DNA of 64,000 nt, taken from positions 67,460-131,459 of the forward strand of contig QHWB01000034.1 in NCBI GenBank assembly GCA_003222395.1. The letters run 5' to 3'. Position numbers and translations under genes: made by a program. The DNA comes from Acidobacteriota bacterium. GTDB lineage: Bacteria; Acidobacteriota; Vicinamibacteria; Vicinamibacterales; CAVVIG01. The notes under the pieces were generated by a model. It had not been told where the DNA came from. It saw only the letters and a program-made list of their open reading frames with translations, and searched no databases. Within the stretch, counting starts at the first letter, position 1. The number at the start of each line of letters is the position of its first letter. Shown here piece by piece: positions 61,374 to 64,000 of this stretch.

Positions 61374-63884
61374 ATGTTACATCCCGTCGCATCGACCACG
61401 ACGATCCGAAAGGTCGCCCCTGGTCTTGGTGCGCTGTGCCTTGCCTTGATTGGGTCGGTCCTGATCTCCCGCGCCCAGTCCGCTCCGCCTCAAGCGACGG
61501 CCGCTCCGGGCGCCATGAGCGACGGCACGATGCTGCTGCCGAACGGGTGGCGGCTCGCGCCGGCCGGGAAGCATCTTCCGCTCAGCACGCTGCCGCTCAA
61601 CATCGTCGTCTCGCCGGATGGTCGCTACGCGCTCATCACCACGAACGGCTTGACGAAGCCGGCGTTGACCGTCGTCGACATCGCGAGCTGGAAGGTCAAG
61701 AGCACACTGACGATCGACGCGGCGTGGTACGGCCTCGCATTCAGCCCTGACGGCACGAAGATCTACTCGGCAGGCGCAGCGCAGAACAACGTGCAGGAGT
61801 TTTCGTTCGCGTCCGACGGCACGCTCACGCGCGCGCGGACGTTCGCGTTGCCGGCGCAGAACGGCGACACGTTCGCGGGCGGCCTCTCGGTGAGCCGCGA
61901 CGGACGCACGTTGTATGCGACGCGCGTCTTTGCGATGACGCTCTCGGCCATCGATCTCACCAGCGGTCAGGTGGTTCGGACGGTGCCGCTGCCCGCCGAG
62001 CCGTACACGAGCGCCGTATCGCCCGACGGCCTTCTCGTGTTCGTCTCGCTGTGGGGCGGCTCCCGCGTGCAGGTGTATCAGGCCGATTCGCTGTCGCTGT
62101 ACGCCGAGCTCACGACCGACGAGCATCCGAACGCGATGACGTTCTCCAACGACGGTCGCCGGCTGTTCGTGGCCTGCGCGAACAACGCCGCGGTGTGGTC
62201 GTTCGACACCCTCGCGCTCGCGCCCATCGAGCAGATCGCGGTAACGATGTCTCCCGACGCGCCGCCCGCGACGACGCCGAACGCGCTCAGCCTGTCGCCG
62301 GACGGCAACACGCTCATCGTCGCCAACGCGGACATGAACGCCGTCGCGGTCATCGACGTGAGCAATGCGTCGCGCGCCTTCGTCAGCGGCTTCATCCCGA
62401 CCGGCTGGTACCCGACCGGCGCCGTGTTCACGCGCGACGGCCGCAACATCCTCGTTCTCAGCGGCAAGGGGCTCGCATCGGCCGCGAACCCGACGAACGG
62501 CGCCCTGGAGAAACGGCTCGTCGGCGCGGTGTCAATCGTGCCGACGCCCGATCGCGTCGCGCTCGCGGAGTACACGCGCAAGGTTGCCGCGGTGACGCCC
62601 TATAACGACAACATCCGCCTCACGCCGGCCAACGCGCCGGTCGGCGTCGCCATTCCGCGATCGGTCGGCGGCAGCTCGCCGATCAAGCACGTGTTCTACA
62701 TCATCCGCGAGAACCGCACGTACGATCAGATTCTCGGCGACGTCGCGCAGGGAAACGGCGACCCGAAGCTGACGCTCTTCGGCAACGACGTGACGCCCAA
62801 CGCGCATGCGATCGCGCAGTCGTTCGTGCTCTTCGACAACTTCTACGTCGACGCCGACGTCAGCTACAACGGGCACGCGTTCTCGACGGCGGCGTACGTC
62901 ACCGACTTCATCGAGAAGACGTGGCAGACGTTCTACGCCGGACGCGGCGGACTATATCTGTCCGAGGGCGGCGGCTTCCTCCGGAATCCCTTCGGCAACA
63001 TCAGCGCCTCGGCGCGCGGGTACATCTGGGATGTCGCGCGTCAGAGCGGCGTGTCGGTGCGCAGCTACGGCGAGTTCGTGGCGCACGCGTCGCGATCGGC
63101 GACCGGCGAGGTGACCGCGGTCGCCACGGTACCCGGCCTCTCCGGCATTGTCGCGCCGTCGTATGCGGGGTGGGATCTCGACATCACCGACGCCAGACGG
63201 GCCGACGCCTGGCTCGCCGAGTTCCGGCAGTTCGAGGCGAACGGCGCGCTGCCGCAGCTGTCGATCATCCGGCTGCCGAACGACCACACAGCCGGCACGC
63301 GCCCCGGATCGCCGACGCCGCGCGCGATGGTCGCCGACAACGACATCGCGCTCGGCCGCATCGTGGAAACGATTTCGAACAGCGCGTACTGGAAGGACTC
63401 GGCGCTGTTCGTCGTCGAAGACGATGCGCAGAGCGGCCCGGACCACGTCGATTCGCACCGGTCGGTGCTGCTCGTCGCGAGCCCGTTCGCCAAGCGCGGC
63501 TTCGTCGACCACACGCTGTACTCGACGTCGTCGGTGCTGCGCACGATCGAGCTGATCCTCGGTCTCACGCCGATGAGCCAGTACGACGCGGCCGCCGCTC
63601 CGCTGTACAACGCGTTCACCGGCACGCCGAACATCGCGACGTATCAACGCCTGGTGCCGCGCGTGCCGACCGACGAGAAGAACCTGCCCGGCTCGTTTGG
63701 CGCTGCGGCATCGCTGGCGATGGATTTCTCGGTCGAGGATCGCGCGCCCGAGGTGCTGTTGAACGACATCATCTGGCGCTCGATCAGAGGCGCGAGCTCG
63801 CCGATGCCGCCGCCGCGCCGCAGCGTCCTCGTGCGTCCCGCATCAGGTGCCGCAGAGGCCGACGACGATGATGACATCTGGTAA
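61374..63884 (+). CDS. YncE-like beta-propeller fused to phosphoesterase (PLC/AcpA family) domain
   Basis: Signal peptide, YVTN-type propeller repeats (SPDG..), and the C-terminal HVFYIIRENRTYDQILGD phosphoesterase motif. Confidence 0.8.
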   Translation: MLHPVASTTTIRKVAPGLGALCLALIGSVLISRAQSAPPQATAAPGAMSDGTMLLPNGWRLAPAGKHLPLSTLPLNIVVSPDGRYALITTNGLTKPALTVVDIASWKVKSTLTIDAAWYGLAFSPDGTKIYSAGAAQNNVQEFSFASDGTLTRARTFALPAQNGDTFAGGLSVSRDGRTLYATRVFAMTLSAIDLTSGQVVRTVPLPAEPYTSAVSPDGLLVFVSLWGGSRVQVYQADSLSLYAELTTDEHPNAMTFSNDGRRLFVACANNAAVWSFDTLALAPIEQIAVTMSPDAPPATTPNALSLSPDGNTLIVANADMNAVAVIDVSNASRAFVSGFIPTGWYPTGAVFTRDGRNILVLSGKGLASAANPTNGALEKRLVGAVSIVPTPDRVALAEYTRKVAAVTPYNDNIRLTPANAPVGVAIPRSVGGSSPIKHVFYIIRENRTYDQILGDVAQGNGDPKLTLFGNDVTPNAHAIAQSFVLFDNFYVDADVSYNGHAFSTAAYVTDFIEKTWQTFYAGRGGLYLSEGGGFLRNPFGNISASARGYIWDVARQSGVSVRSYGEFVAHASRSATGEVTAVATVPGLSGIVAPSYAGWDLDITDARRADAWLAEFRQFEANGALPQLSIIRLPNDHTAGTRPGSPTPRAMVADNDIALGRIVETISNSAYWKDSALFVVEDDAQSGPDHVDSHRSVLLVASPFAKRGFVDHTLYSTSSVLRTIELILGLTPMSQYDAAAAPLYNAFTGTPNIATYQRLVPRVPTDEKNLPGSFGAAASLAMDFSVEDRAPEVLLNDIIWRSIRGASSPMPPPRRSVLVRPASGAAEADDDDDIW

Positions 63885-64000
63885 TTGGATAATCGGGTAA
63901 TTGGATAATCGGGTAATCTGAGAAGACGATTACCAGATTTCGCGATCATTCAATTCCTCAATCCAATTACCCGATTACCCGATTACGCGATTACCCAATT
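63881..64000. repeat. family-B hairpin with 8/16-nt periodic arms (runs off window end)
   Basis: GTAATTGGATAATCGG x2 after the stop at 63884, an inner GTAATC..GATTAC stem, and a right arm CCAATTACCCGATTACCCGATTACGCGATTACCCAATT. Confidence 0.8.

Overview
High-GC bacterial chromosomal segment. The gene content (VWFA-type secreted protein, YncE-propeller/phosphoesterase fusion, PilY1-type locus) suggests Acidobacteriota, but that is inference only. I support about 54 CDS and find no rRNA, tRNA, CRISPR array, transposase or integrase. Left third (+ strand): a translationally coupled operon of DsbA-like, ABC ATPase, ABC-2 permease, TPR membrane protein, PilD and a sensor kinase. It is followed by a type IV pilus minor-pilin/PilY1 operon and a sigma54-dependent response regulator. 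Next come aroB, nadB, proS, tatAC, an S41 protease, smc, an M48 peptidase and ubiX. Middle (- strand): the conserved rimO, rimP-nusA-infB, DUF503, rbfA, DHH phosphoesterase, truB, rpsO, pnp supercluster. It continues with asnS, a sugar kinase/nucleotidyltransferase pair, CYTH, a MidA-like methyltransferase, HtrA and an M24 peptidase. Right end: VWA protein, three small unknowns, glgP, threonine dehydratase, a DmpA peptidase, DUF421 and a beta-propeller/phosphoesterase. The most unusual content is non-genic. (A) A G-rich directional repeat family, core GCGAGCGGGGGTGGGGCCCCGCGAGC..GAAATG, occurs at 8 loci, several of them read in-frame inside genes. (B) A set of AT-richer hairpins have arms made of 7-8 nt tandem units; they abut or overlap stop and start codons, and one lies inside an ORF. 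(C) GTAGGG...CCCTAC-type palindromes occur at three loci, including one inside smc. Coordinates of alternative starts are stated where the ORF track over-extends.
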